Virus record (IMG/VR): IMGVR_UViG_3300032326_000865
Span: 5,406 to 69,405 of that record
Direction: 5' to 3' (one strand)
Source of the DNA: a virus
DNA length: 64,000 nucleotides
The notes under the pieces were generated by a model. It saw only the letters and a program-made list of their open reading frames with translations, was not told the DNA's origin and did no database searches. How positions within the stretch are numbered: position 1 is the first letter of the stretch; each line of letters begins with the position of its first letter. This document shows, in pieces, positions 52,101 through 58,225 of this stretch. A program made the translations under genes and the position numbers.

Positions 52101-52368
52101 TGCTCAGGCTTGGTACGAGAGGGATGCGATTGGTGTCCGTGAGTTCAATCCGGGTGTCGTTGAAAGTGTGGCTTCCGCAACAGCCCCTACATCGGTTATT
52201 TACGATGCGATTGATACTGGGGTGCTTTCCTACCAAGCAATCGACGCTGGAGCTTCCACAATGGACATCCTAACCTACATGGCATCCGAAGCGATTCCAT
52301 TCCTAAGAGATTACAGGTCAGCAAAAGCAGCTGAACTAAGGGAAACAATCAAAGAAGACAAGAAGTAA
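37111..52368 (+). CDS. Giant (5085 aa) putative internal virion / large polyvalent protein
   Basis: 15.3-kb ORF; Ala/Gly-rich hydrophobic N-terminal part with EGVEE, zincin AHEVIH, helical C-terminus. Confidence 0.8.
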   Translation: MNFEEEFGVVPMDFGFDQFDAQSLQQEPEDESEPDLTNVETMLLSGDWRDNPESRAEMSDTASSLIHDALRTSTDKKVSRKVRREGKEVDEEVPVLGPNGRFSEAGRDYLERSRQILKAAANDENGGLVYNELTGKTEVASWVKDAMRQAPQKPEEIFPQLEEYRNEQKALDENNPIDLEGYAKYTGKDLNSFSEGEKQAFTKQVAQMSFNPEEMGEEEIGRMVEGMPVINPANRHEINKVESWISSLEGFSDIDKKIMIDDYHDTIDRDIVDYARMFSAADAGPIESIWNRPLMQELEAHLQSGGNGVEFLRANQERMTKDAYGVTSEVAGTFRDAVMSIGTGATWLAGAAIDVLPGIDGVGELASRPAQLWGELAEESASAYRNQKLFSVAGIDINRRDITELAGQIGAFAALGGLGALMAKSTGLAAARAALAKGGEVAGAIGKVAAAESAMASSSLAVQANLSKFLGEKTAKFLTASATDTTAYLGGLQASGTSFGKTYNEIYKATGDAEEAYREASIQGVSDGLSALIATSVMNRVAPGMERVLGAPEGSLSGSLIQRMRASGASKAAMEETKQIFSQLKMSKELTNQFGKDLLKYTRDSMAKSGLRGIGPAGDILAEGVEESFDEMLSDVIEVIIDDSKTWSEDGWPQIQQNWRSYVKAAVLGAIGGGIGSSYGAAKSGVKALGSDTQRKEIIKNNVAKEWDLLKSNVSQFENRDFLLNIAGQAPVKIGEILASDMSINEKSKYLVDFARKGQLAFGSRNQKKAEVPAAGTVPTGTAPTKATGPSVTPSVAPDSNEGILSSIGYSLPAGRTWKSDLSITESANPSKGNEDGVTVTPLIVGGASMVGAKVTTVDSSGNQSSRYVSASEAATLVKDKRVAANYQSVGQEKALSGSDVRIESWSDVAPAPSQISTGEILSQMGYSPGENQSWNDEVETNLEFMERTPNGDLNPITIGGVPYAGAKLTKKDANGNETVSYISAAEAANLSTDNKKSYEKSVAELDANVPKWTKQNEKGTDTSGTDGQMQGTGTNRAEVAGDAEGGNLDEADGNRGDAERGSPAAAEEAEEVKAEKKTGSIRVVAQSERAESLREKLSNNEEVKAAIAAGVDFVIVESLDQLSEIAEGSPIQESAFTRGFDGAAYVTKNGEELVVLNVSIDEKSDSEVLEIVAHEVIHLAEFRFRGTKDGLKLWKNAIQIFDPQSPYFDKEFNSFMEKEYPEFNGLSLQLKLSEASRAFVQGKLNKFSFAGENPFLQYLEDFLNYVRSAYGEFSDASKYFQEIEKAYAEMSVASETNEAAKKNEELKSQFVPEVTQNERDYVAIEANEILDDSGIKFSVKPRPEKASIPANASLFEGDEDVWIEVSTNEIGVSPEFIDRVIADEKIDDKEQHIADKVSSLVSKSGVSLQALTPSTAPTAEVDPISETPKYIVPEDELNGTTDSAGGKWSSSSENKNIYTYTPGKGMVIDAKVGDVVSIGGDTDNVLVFLKVDPDGAIVYVKVNMTQFGTTDENSGEFKSEIHKLNKNWQKNRLLSLTKMVRPQLASILAGDTSDASINALRKILKAVMNEVAPGKEFIESTDPNTNFIQSVWKKTKKLVTKANGKTETKIEQVPFMEVNLASTIQELKSLLGSANLTNPKAEFLVSMEVSRLLSKWVEEEQIHLITMDHSSFSEIKISNFVKEVAKNKDHPLYALFVQTVKERAPDSDPVVDRRNPRGLNPEQRYIVGSELLRKVQQIRAGGSFSEQANTDARRLVYSLAQDAMAGKSLFKSAAEMIRRYMDRIHKVLWFRSIRGQLSVKQLEILDILDAEYRRRNIRGDVDYTKDKVTEFMVNRMNSYYASTEDEIASVAREFSNPLIKLRGVINQFDAFRFSDIIDVNDKFELFIVPQVRQFMEDSKLYDMAEIDEAILSLNEKESFRKVWTETYIAKQVMESREAELEFDPTEFFKMLEGNKFDPDGVMFQILKGIPNTPEGSEFLADHLDRAYQNARANREQVENELIIDELRLIQNLDPRKSEDRIALLEKAKFYGMPLDVDSFENGTYFDLNGLQGKLLSRAEMMLQDPDILNKVAKLMGSSKNPKIASYSEKLDQLKVIENAALIRKNRVRSSINKDGVLEFNNVNFPFEGSGAIASLKQQREARESGADMELARERYLKLRAYLDSVDSFNNKIETMKERAFGYVRPNTKDHGLYIRDTRNFVNNKMVLGPREDIIEAATTPSEVFFYNYYPSTRGARTVAGDGYPKNWSSDRDSTKDKDVTQLHVTTIDSNASFLGRNARMNYYIADLMGNVPGSFNRELYNSSAGFAFEGSENDYDQTTYENPEVAFPRFDGFKELKNVQAKLDEDKQPNASGLFNIIAYITKAEAWLDHIDQRIDPKKIITEVAGMQTPAGRASIILQPRFKDLRENLEFTKNLVIQKLSPYVKYNANSEGDFASSFERDKEGKLILMSDSAAEVFKAIKESLRTGKGTKFSEMYEAQMAANSDVKSTRRMVREFVNPKWIKNVEREAIQTIRNAAYRPDHPEMLQLRDAILDPAIMRNMGFAMKYFSENASNYWVGPMYATDALKDYSKISGRGYEQKAVKGGIKKGVIKEGKNKGEVYTQELPAQPTDIVFSYGESGNDDPRVGKSDSGEFGVTLDSYLQDKFSEKLTGAELAALTEDAPEQSLKMWLTSQLMFIGYRSQTNYGNVDDARNFAFDVMRKQLTLEGNTADLVETAIAGMFPSTQRGTKRFETLVKFFYRNNPQYIKNYKLLENDPLERFDRFIAESFVVDLLEFKRRFEESALKQARFKSNETIAVLSNAIDASSHPKEEKDEMKRVVSKGLISGDVLAYDSRLVDQYNIYLGESPVVSMMLMNLVGETIIVQPTKKQTTQAGTEIGLRVIPGKEGQPNIVWVPNSGASRLDQQIAIQTILSHYGEDPAMKETIVSLANSIRNTLLPAFDLDQTERAIQHHLDRIPAEKRKSFTGSALSHFIKLSRITDEISPSDITGTSAFNIINYKEKFSPGFASDISLITSVFTDPKYKEAFDRGYIGTDVAQEFGLPDAAVDGLNAIVKRLRETDGDYVYWAEENATEDVVGDEMSSLGESYEDLDQEFDTSAGRADPEVSEMMKTYGITEDELERKTKSDEDRKKNSTANANKLIEILDPDRLKAQPWEEVVPPSDMVIFNALGSLLANVKSKNDMLDPVLRSEYREKRNEPSRLTESPVSILRSERETSSLFEPIFPELNRPDARNVNQSMFVGSAINLTRPNVHGHTMLKLMMDATRSRTQQAAWIAKIPDVALAIDSAVIPKLKSMNLGVTPRIELEIPLDDDFMNHASDLIPQLASVREQVEKSLLKISETEQMLLDRIQEANEILNIPLKWSNEETITEEMAESNSLKDEMVSLIQRLAQTISGASNETLAYEQAMTAHAIQAAIESKYGDFMPEMSSRISDLYRLIRKRDSSDNVLASSEFNKTTESISRHLEWFNTATQQINKVANNVVDGRLSQIGIDADKNKPSRRKILSPLGRNPQNVSLADVDSFAKALNSGRITANKVLFNSIFNEASNQFTSRILDFAERKSGKAKVLFQKGSESLEIQGKKKGEPQIGIQGDKAKAGIIEFLKKAKDLNRDQIFNLVNSGFGEEYFGGDNNVFKYLNMIALGTVEAHELFQRKAETGEERTRRERAEYTKRDAEKHLGVIRDQRVKMFDTGGSAYIGKFRHVMKQRQKDGKPMAANIEISVVDPLVQIKEFESTADKFARRDKWRQSENSRKNFYILREALTRSLDEIADGRVDAMYKKLRGQTEEIGGFNPVKIVMDAQRRIQIEDSVFKDQLNKVQGLVADADLRELSAEALAFMTNSSDVLYTIKGPQLQQKIEDAIKAKSLKLSFEEKEALKEQINSKYQPGDKRYVSEERKEVLKRALRTGYINNLTDQEKAKIKSDIEADFKNLIDAKLKANRLPQNFNSRRNLIGELFNDPENGGKVILVPQDAKARLMRAFPNVVNERNANSTMREVALKALSQSSAYPSFMDQNGPPDAKFRGSKFKLTKDNADLTIEEAGRLFSDRFKVGLSNYLQKTRNGKEVDLTGENSKRAVNFYGTLVEKLVYAYNAEKLVKADGSDTRAQIEIEKILTSIDNQGNAVGNLGFDSNDQTFQDFDLIGTFALAFAELESEQIMMNLVSGLSIQDGYVPQNLLKYVHHQDARNRSKFMKSKIARDVAIHLQAYLERGFDNSSGRSGHQAAHKSAQDAIAAASRKFLGIQGSAKDQAIGYMLAQLKGLNDASGMTLTQALGAWKKTIDAGWQDLKDLDRAQKNAFKSKAGRFLNANHVDMIRDIPLIESIYSKLQKSGAFDDFGLVDYSNEFIGEEEAKDQNSRKVIKALEEALKAQTKNQEGVKNYADAIYDQLLDAYNATAVTRAVTSKRLEEEDKTGNKQDDEGLSPTVRTYSSVPIKLAYAANPDSAEVRTPTEGQWIPDPADVVDIRKSAFYGGFGRQEREVENAPVLRPISLNGLAAPFSILEDSLYRTNITPNYLILRKLLGRVQNPSGVPIVDKSLLISPRLMLSSEYKSKMKDFKIAVSAVASEIETVIFNDSQVGVVNTAFAQAANFASSVFVVRSLASLQQLWNQTLPAATFFVIKKLSIGKHSEAYDFLKILSKLIGSMAADFAKSPRNFLGGHENKTQFHHRVTKFTKEVSPYIYFRGVDGQDQSREALRHQTRFNQSKFQSWGGRFVKEYQNTGEAALDFTIGSGERLISKAIFLTELMSEMKRANTINSPNTVEDLLSNFNSRNIPVLANRMAEIKVSDMMGQSDVSKKSTLFQNRSDSPVWSSLWKSLTRFSNHTASTSSNMTALLPALKHGDEATKQEALENIVGTLGQNVMFQFFKIHTLLPLALSVFYMFDGDDEEEASRKAQEKANEILGTEESGPVASMFKQLAFGSEKELFQSFKQDEAALASAKAELLGKTAMEFTQAVPYVGVLFGYSPISSFAKPIVNNSAEEIMSFMSRFGGKKPIPVAQAWYERDAIGVREFNPGVVESVASATAPTSVIYDAIDTGVLSYQAIDAGASTMDILTYMASEAIPFLRDYRSAKAAELRETIKEDKK

Positions 52369-52369
52369 C

Positions 52370-52410
52370 AAAAAACAGCCGATACCATTTTAGTATCGGC
52401 TGTTTTCTTT
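52370..52410. terminator. Bidirectional terminator between convergent blocks
   Basis: aaaacagccgatac/gtatcggctgtttt. Confidence 0.85.
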
Positions 52411-52468
52411 GTCATTTTGCAACCCGGAAAATTAGAATGAATAACGGATTTTCATTTGATGTATTTTC

Positions 52469-53104
52469 TTATTGTTCTTTGGTTTGGTAGTGCCAAGCAT
52501 CTGAGTCTTCAGTTTGCCACTTAGAGTAAGCCTCGCAATTCCATTCTTCTTTATTGACGACGTATTCCGGCCTATCTGGAAACTCTTTGGTAACGTGGCT
52601 TGGCTCATGCCATTTCAGCCTATTGTTTGGCTGTATAGCAAACTCGCCACAATCAAGGGCAATGAAGTGACCACTCTTATGCTCTTCGGGATGAATTGCT
52701 AGGGTGATGTCTGCACCATTAGTGTAGTCTGGTCCCCATTGCATGGTCCAAAGGTAAATACCTTCAGCCCAAGTTCCGTCCTTCATCATTACCGAAACCC
52801 TAAGCCCTGAAAGGAAATTGATTTCAACAATAGAGAAATTAGCAGAAAAACTATTCCAGAGCTGAAGGTGATGAAAAGGGAAGATGTGGTCATGCTCGTA
52901 ATCGTGAAGAGCATGAATTGGCAGCTTATCTCTCAATGCTCCATTCTCGAGAAGCACCTGAAACAAAGCACAGGAACCCGGAATAGAACGAACTGACACT
53001 GCGATTCCCCTTTCATACTGTCCTGCGTGCTCTTCTTTTTCTGTAAGGAACTCCTTGCGAACTAGGCATTGCAGCGGAGGAATCGACGTTTCGTGAAGTG
53101 GCAT
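52469..53104 (-). CDS. Conserved phage protein (VRKEFL...LQLW...EHK...QPNNR family)
   Basis: Recognisable motif set; function unknown. Confidence 0.8.
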   Translation of the reverse strand: MPLHETSIPPLQCLVRKEFLTEKEEHAGQYERGIAVSVRSIPGSCALFQVLLENGALRDKLPIHALHDYEHDHIFPFHHLQLWNSFSANFSIVEINFLSGLRVSVMMKDGTWAEGIYLWTMQWGPDYTNGADITLAIHPEEHKSGHFIALDCGEFAIQPNNRLKWHEPSHVTKEFPDRPEYVVNKEEWNCEAYSKWQTEDSDAWHYQTKEQ

Positions 53105-53117
53105 ACTGCTTGTTGGT

Positions 53118-53402
53118 TTATCGCATGAACCTGCTGGTCATGTGGTAGAAACCGCATTCATCGCATTTGTAACACCTAAGTCGAGAAACATTTGCGCCTT
53201 TATTTAGCCTGTGTCTCATGGCTTGCTTAGCTGCCCTTTCGCTTGTGTATGCGCTTTTGCCGCAGGAACTCCTGTGAGAGCTTTTGTATTCCACTGGTTC
53301 TCCTGTTGCTTCTTCAGCATCTACAATTGATTCAATTGGCTCAGGATGCCATCCAAGGATATTGAAAAGACGGTTAATTTCCTTTTCCTTTTTCCTCTTC
53401 AT
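53118..53402 (-). CDS. Small Zn-binding protein
   Basis: CGKxxY...YKCDECGFYHMTS. Confidence 0.75.
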   Translation of the reverse strand: MKRKKEKEINRLFNILGWHPEPIESIVDAEEATGEPVEYKSSHRSSCGKSAYTSERAAKQAMRHRLNKGANVSRLRCYKCDECGFYHMTSRFMR

Positions 53403-53829
53403 TCAGAATCTCTTTTCTGATGTGAACCAATTGCCTTTCTGCTTCGTCAACCCATCTGGTAGCTTTGGCAATTTCATTGGGGTCGTATTTGACCTTGTGC
53501 TTGGCTTTGCCGTAAATGAACCTGATGATTTTAATGAGTCTCTGAATGGATTCAATTAGTTCATCACGGGTGACTTTATGACTTGGTTGCTCTTCTTCTT
53601 TTGGAGCTAGAACTTCTTGTTCTTTCACTTCTTCGACTGGAGCGGAAACCTTAGCATCTGGTTCTTTTTCATCATCAACCCAGCAATCAGCGTATTCTAC
53701 ATCAATGTCAGTCTTTGATCCAATTTCTTGGTACACCGGAATTTCTTCTGGAATGGAATCAATTACATCGCCAAAAGACACGTTAGTTTTCGCATTCTTC
53801 CTTGCTTGCTTCTTTACTGTTTTCTTCAT
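53374..53829 (-). CDS. Hypothetical protein
   Basis: 151-aa ORF in the operon. Confidence 0.65.
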   Translation of the reverse strand: MKKTVKKQARKNAKTNVSFGDVIDSIPEEIPVYQEIGSKTDIDVEYADCWVDDEKEPDAKVSAPVEEVKEQEVLAPKEEEQPSHKVTRDELIESIQRLIKIIRFIYGKAKHKVKYDPNEIAKATRWVDEAERQLVHIRKEILNEEEKGKGN

Positions 53830-54064
53830 TGATTTTATTGATGGTGAGTTTTCTCAATTGATTGAGTTTGAAAGTGGCCAACTCCAACGCAATAGCATTT
53901 CTTTCTGCTCCTTTGTTTGCTTGTTTTAGGTGCTTTCTTGTTTCTTTCCACCTGTGTTGGTAAATCTTTGCTTTTTGAGACGCTTCCTCAAGCTCCCTTT
54001 TAAGCAAAACAATTTGGCCGAGAAGGATGTTTGTGTTGCTTGTTCTAAAGTATTTCATGTTCAA
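53783..54064 (-). CDS. Hypothetical coiled-coil protein
   Basis: 93-aa ORF. Confidence 0.6.
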   Translation of the reverse strand: MNMKYFRTSNTNILLGQIVLLKRELEEASQKAKIYQHRWKETRKHLKQANKGAERNAIALELATFKLNQLRKLTINKINEENSKEASKEECEN

Positions 54065-54066
54065 TC

Positions 54067-54102
54067 AAAAGTAGAGGGCTGGAACACCCGCACCAGCCCT
54101 CT
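54067..54102 (-). terminator. Intrinsic terminator
   Basis: agagggctgg/ccagccctct with T tract on the minus strand. Confidence 0.65.
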
Positions 54103-54152
54103 TTAGGTTTTAGCTTGAGCTAATCAAGCCTCAAAAGCGTGATCAGCCAACT

Positions 54153-54581
54153 TTATTGGCAAGACTCGCAAACGTCTCCATCGCAATTTCCCTGAGGAGT
54201 GCCAAGAGGCTCATTAAAGTCGTCGTCGTCGCTAGCAGGTGCCGCTGGAGTGTCTTTAATAAACATTCCATCAACCATCTTCCCGGTGCGCTTGGAAATG
54301 ACGCTATAAGCAGAATCCAGACAGGCCTCAAACGTAGTGCCAGCAAGCTCAGCAAGAAGAATCAAAACAACAGTGCAGTCACCAATGGCATCAATAATTT
54401 CCGGTTGGTTGGACTCCTTGATTGCTTCATTCAACTCAGCCACCTCTTCCAGCAATTTGACGAATTGAGTCTGCTGGGTGGCTTTTGCGCTGTCACCAAT
54501 GATGCCGCGATCAGTTCCCCACTTTCGGATTAGATCAGCCAGTTCATTGAGGTCAGAAACCGTAATTTTATTGTTAGTCAT
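54153..54581 (-). CDS. mazG: MazG-like nucleotide pyrophosphohydrolase
   Basis: KLLEEVAEL...DAIGD...AYxxISKRTGKMVDGMFIK. Confidence 0.85.
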   Translation of the reverse strand: MTNNKITVSDLNELADLIRKWGTDRGIIGDSAKATQQTQFVKLLEEVAELNEAIKESNQPEIIDAIGDCTVVLILLAELAGTTFEACLDSAYSVISKRTGKMVDGMFIKDTPAAPASDDDDFNEPLGTPQGNCDGDVCESCQ

Positions 54582-54594
54582 ATTTTATTTCTGT

Positions 54595-55146
54595 TTAGTT
54601 TGTCGTAAACGACAAGAGATCAATTGCGTAATTTGGAGGAAAAGGGCAACGGTTAATTAGCGTTTCAGCATCAGCGTGCGTTAATTCCTTAGAGTTCCTG
54701 CCAGTCCACAAAAGCCCAAGTAATGTTGCTTTGCTTGGATTTGCGTGAATCTCTTTGTGGCATGGAACTTCGCAAACTTGAAACGTAAAACAAAAAGCAG
54801 CCTTTCGCCTGCCTGCTGGATGATGCCTAGAGAAGGTTTCTTTGTCTCCACGCCTTCCACACATCGCACAAGAAACAACTCCTGGGATTTGATCCCAAGA
54901 GTTTTTGTATGCTGCTTCTAGCTTTTTCCTCGTATTGCTTTTAGATGGCTTCTTTTTGCTCTTCTTCAGGCTGGACACTTCCAACTTCGGATTCGCTTTT
55001 GGCGTATTGACTAAAGTCGATAATTGCTTTGTCCACGATTCCTTTTTGTTTTTCTTTTTCATTAAGGTAATCCTTAAATGCAAGTTTCTGAACTCTGTGG
55101 CATTCTTCAATTGCAAGTTCTCCATTGTTTCCCGGAGCACAAACAA
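54595..55146 (-). CDS. HNH-like endonuclease (start uncertain)
   Basis: CAMC...HH..GR...CEVPCHKEIH. Confidence 0.65.
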   Translation of the reverse strand: MFVLRETMENLQLKNATEFRNLHLRITLMKKKNKKESWTKQLSTLVNTPKANPKLEVSSLKKSKKKPSKSNTRKKLEAAYKNSWDQIPGVVSCAMCGRRGDKETFSRHHPAGRRKAAFCFTFQVCEVPCHKEIHANPSKATLLGLLWTGRNSKELTHADAETLINRCPFPPNYAIDLLSFTTN

Positions 55147-55291
55147 AAATCTGAACGGAAAGGGAATTAATAATATCGAGAGCTTCCCAATACTTCAATC
55201 CTTCAATTTGATTTACGATTTTGCTTACGTGTCTTTTTACTTCTGGCGTCATTGTGATGGTGGTGTTAGGTGATTTTCTGTTTTTTCCCAA
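54941..55291 (-). CDS. Hypothetical protein
   Basis: 116-aa ORF; start may be near 55252. Confidence 0.6.
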   Translation of the reverse strand: MGKNRKSPNTTITMTPEVKRHVSKIVNQIEGLKYWEALDIINSLSVQIFVCAPGNNGELAIEECHRVQKLAFKDYLNEKEKQKGIVDKAIIDFSQYAKSESEVGSVQPEEEQKEAI

Positions 55292-55599
55292 ATATCTACG
55301 AAATCATCGCTATTTGGTTCTTCAACGCATTGGGTTACAATTTCCTCTGGAAAGAAGAAAAGTTGCCTGACTCTTGAAACTTCATAGATGTCAGGACTTC
55401 TTGTGTATCTAGCTTCTTTGACGGTGATCCTCAATCGGGTCCATCCTCTTATTACTCCTACTTGGACACTAATTGTTCTTCCTCGGGCAAATCGGCCACC
55501 TCCGACGAAAATATCGTAGGTGGCCTCAGAGCCTTCTCTTGGCTTAGATCCTTTGCCCTTGGTACGCAGGTGTCCTTTTAGCTGGTCTAAAGGTCTCAT
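55249..55599 (-). CDS. Hypothetical protein
   Basis: ATGA-coupled to dnaB. Confidence 0.6.
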   Translation of the reverse strand: MRPLDQLKGHLRTKGKGSKPREGSEATYDIFVGGGRFARGRTISVQVGVIRGWTRLRITVKEARYTRSPDIYEVSRVRQLFFFPEEIVTQCVEEPNSDDFVDIWEKTENHLTPPSQ

Positions 55600-56900
55600 G
55601 ATGTAACCCCATAAACAAAACGAAGAGTCGCCTTGTCCAGAATCAAAGGAAGGCGAACGCCTCCATGCCCGTTATGGCTGTCTTTGGCAATCAGGATGTG
55701 CTTGTGCTGTCCAAAGTCGGAAGCCTGCTTGTTGCGTTCCTGAACGATTGAAAGCCACCAGTCAGCATCTTCCTCAATTGCTCGAGCATTCTTGGTTTCA
55801 CCCTCAAAGTTCTCCTGACAGAGCACAATAATGGTAATCCCAAGCTCATCAGAAAGCTCTTGAAGGGTATTGGAGGTTCTTCTGAGCTCCATTTCGGCAG
55901 TCTCACCCTTGAAGCGATCACCACGAATCAGACCAATCTGGTCAACAAAAACAACCTTTACGCCATGGAGACGAACGTATCGCCGAATTTCAGCGATAAT
56001 CTCATGGATTCCGCGAGACTGAGGCTTGCGAATATGCAGATTGGACTCGTTGAGCTTCGTGACAGCTTTCCTGATGGCAATTAGCTCTTCTTTGGACAAC
56101 CCGGTGCGGTTCTGACTCTTGGCGTAGCCAACTGGATCGACAATGGCGGCATGGTGCAACCTAGAAGCTTGAATCACGGCTTTGGCAAAAGCACTAGATT
56201 CCGTGCGTTCAAGGATCAGGTAAAGACCACCCACATTAGAATCAAGAAGATTACCCCAAATCTCAACTGCCAAAGTAGATTTCCCAGAGCCACTGCGACC
56301 AGAGATAATCCCATAATGCTGAGGATGGAGACCACGAAGATGCTGATCAACAAGAGGAATGCCGAAAGGAATACCCATAGGCAGCTCCTTGCCAGCGATT
56401 TTAGCTTCGAATCCGTCAATGAACTCTTTGGATAGCCATTTAAGGTCGCGGACTGCTTTGATGCCAGAAGCGGCGTCAAAGACTTTAGTGATGGGTTCCG
56501 ACAGGAACTTTAGGTATTCTTCATTGGAGCAATCGTAGACGGCCTCTGTGGCGTTGCTGAGCACATCAATGGCGATTCGGCGAGCATACTTGGAACGAAG
56601 TTCTTCGTGATGCTGCTTGAGACCTTGACCTTGGGCGTAATTCAGAAGCGTTGCCAAATTCTCTGGTCCACCAACGCTATCCAAAAGACCCTTGTCATGA
56701 AGATGCTGCGCAAGAAGAGCAACATCATAAACCTTTGTCTCTTTGAGTGTCTTGAAGATCGTCTTAAGCGCGGAATTGAAAAACCAATCAACCTCCACGG
56801 TGTAATCCTCCATCAAAGACGGATCTTTGATGAAGGAAGAAAGGACAAACTTTTCAGAAACCAAGGAGTTTGGAATCTGTCTGTCTTCCATAATTACCAT
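55596..56900 (-). CDS. dnaB: DnaB-like replicative helicase
   Basis: N-terminal DnaB domain (LLDSVGG), GRSGSGKST, VFVDQIGL, AIEEDAD. Confidence 0.9.
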   Translation of the reverse strand: MVIMEDRQIPNSLVSEKFVLSSFIKDPSLMEDYTVEVDWFFNSALKTIFKTLKETKVYDVALLAQHLHDKGLLDSVGGPENLATLLNYAQGQGLKQHHEELRSKYARRIAIDVLSNATEAVYDCSNEEYLKFLSEPITKVFDAASGIKAVRDLKWLSKEFIDGFEAKIAGKELPMGIPFGIPLVDQHLRGLHPQHYGIISGRSGSGKSTLAVEIWGNLLDSNVGGLYLILERTESSAFAKAVIQASRLHHAAIVDPVGYAKSQNRTGLSKEELIAIRKAVTKLNESNLHIRKPQSRGIHEIIAEIRRYVRLHGVKVVFVDQIGLIRGDRFKGETAEMELRRTSNTLQELSDELGITIIVLCQENFEGETKNARAIEEDADWWLSIVQERNKQASDFGQHKHILIAKDSHNGHGGVRLPLILDKATLRFVYGVTS

Positions 56901-57175
56901 GGGATGTCGTCGCCGTCGTCTTGGCTGGATTCTTTCTCAAGATCTTTGGCAGTCTTGATTCCGTCACGGACATAAACAACCTTGCCGTTGCCGACGTATT
57001 GCTTCTTCTGCTTGGAATCACGCTCTTCCTTGCTCTGCTCTACGGTTACAGAGACATTGTGACCGTAGTTACCCACCTTGTCGTCAACGTAAACGGAGAG
57101 GTTGATATAACCCTTGCGATCTTGAAGATTCACAAGGTCTTGCTTCTTGAGGCCGATGCTGATAATAGCGGACAT
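56894..57175 (-). CDS. Putative ssDNA-binding protein
   Basis: YGHNVSV...YVGNGK; acidic tail DDIPW; next to ERF. Confidence 0.65.
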   Translation of the reverse strand: MSAIISIGLKKQDLVNLQDRKGYINLSVYVDDKVGNYGHNVSVTVEQSKEERDSKQKKQYVGNGKVVYVRDGIKTAKDLEKESSQDDGDDIPW

Positions 57176-57199
57176 TTCTTTGTTTTCTATTTTGTTTGT

Positions 57200-57778
57200 T
57201 TATTGAAAGGTGCTTTTCTTTTTCTTATATGCTTCAAGAACTTCTTGATTGGTTGCAAGAGGGGTGTTTTTCAGCTTGTTGCCAATCACCAAGAGGCCTT
57301 CAGCACTTGTTGCCGAGTCGATTGCCTTGATGACCTGTTCAGCAGATGGGGCTGAGGCTTTTGGTGCTTTAGCGTCCTGACCCTTGCCGTGATCGTTGGT
57401 GGCGTCAGCGTCCTTCGTGTCGTCAATCAGGAACATGCCATTCAATGCATACTTGCGAGCATACGAAGAAGCAGCTCCAGTAATCTGGCTATCGTCCATT
57501 CCCTTCTTGGTTTCTGCTTCTCGAGCCATAGCCTGAACGTGCATCGTGTGCTCGCCATCGTAAATGGTAGCAGTAGCTCTAACGTAAATACGACCGCCGA
57601 CCTCAATGATTTGATCACTGAGAGTAAGCATAAGGCCTTCCTCATTCAACAAAGGCTTCACAGCCTCAAGAATGCTTTCAGCAGAGCGATAACGGTAATC
57701 ACCAAACTTATTGTGAAGGTCTTTTGGTGCCTTCAATTCGTGTTGGATTTTGCCCAACTTCTTTGAGAGTTCTTTCAT
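57200..57778 (-). CDS. erf: ERF-family ssDNA annealing protein
   Basis: KAPK...FGDYRYRSAESILEAVKP, GAASSYARKYALNG. Confidence 0.92.
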   Translation of the reverse strand: MKELSKKLGKIQHELKAPKDLHNKFGDYRYRSAESILEAVKPLLNEEGLMLTLSDQIIEVGGRIYVRATATIYDGEHTMHVQAMAREAETKKGMDDSQITGAASSYARKYALNGMFLIDDTKDADATNDHGKGQDAKAPKASAPSAEQVIKAIDSATSAEGLLVIGNKLKNTPLATNQEVLEAYKKKKSTFQ

Positions 57779-57790
57779 TTTTTTGATTCG

Positions 57791-58177
57791 TTAAATTAGA
57801 TCTGATTCATCTGATTCTTCTAGCCCTTCTTCATTCAACCTAGTGATGATTTTATCAATCAACGGATCTCCTGTAACAGCGCTGTGAGAAGAAAGAAGCG
57901 TCATGATTGGATTCACACCATTGGCAAGAGCCAGAGGCATAATGGAGACGAATTGGCGCACATTGGCGTCAATGACTTTCATTGCATATTCCTCAGGCTT
58001 ATTCTCTGCTTCAAGAAACGCCTGCTTGAATTTGTCATCTTGCAGCAAACAAATGGCCATTTCCATCTGAATGCCTTCAGTAGCCCTCTTGAGCTTTCTA
58101 AAGAAAAGCATGATGTCATTAAACGCTTCAGGGTTTTCTTTTTCAAGGTCCTGCCAACCTTCTGTGTTATTTCTCAT
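57791..58177 (-). CDS. Hypothetical protein
   Basis: ATG at 58177 downstream of a hairpin. Confidence 0.65.
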   Translation of the reverse strand: MRNNTEGWQDLEKENPEAFNDIMLFFRKLKRATEGIQMEMAICLLQDDKFKQAFLEAENKPEEYAMKVIDANVRQFVSIMPLALANGVNPIMTLLSSHSAVTGDPLIDKIITRLNEEGLEESDESDLI

Positions 58178-58185
58178 TAGAATGT

Positions 58186-58218
58186 AAAGCCCGGCCTGCT
58201 TTAATTGCAAGCCGGGCT
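58186..58218 (-). terminator. Hairpin, probable terminator
   Basis: agcccggc/gccgggct after the 58226 stop. Confidence 0.55.
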
Positions 58219-58225
58219 AATGGAA

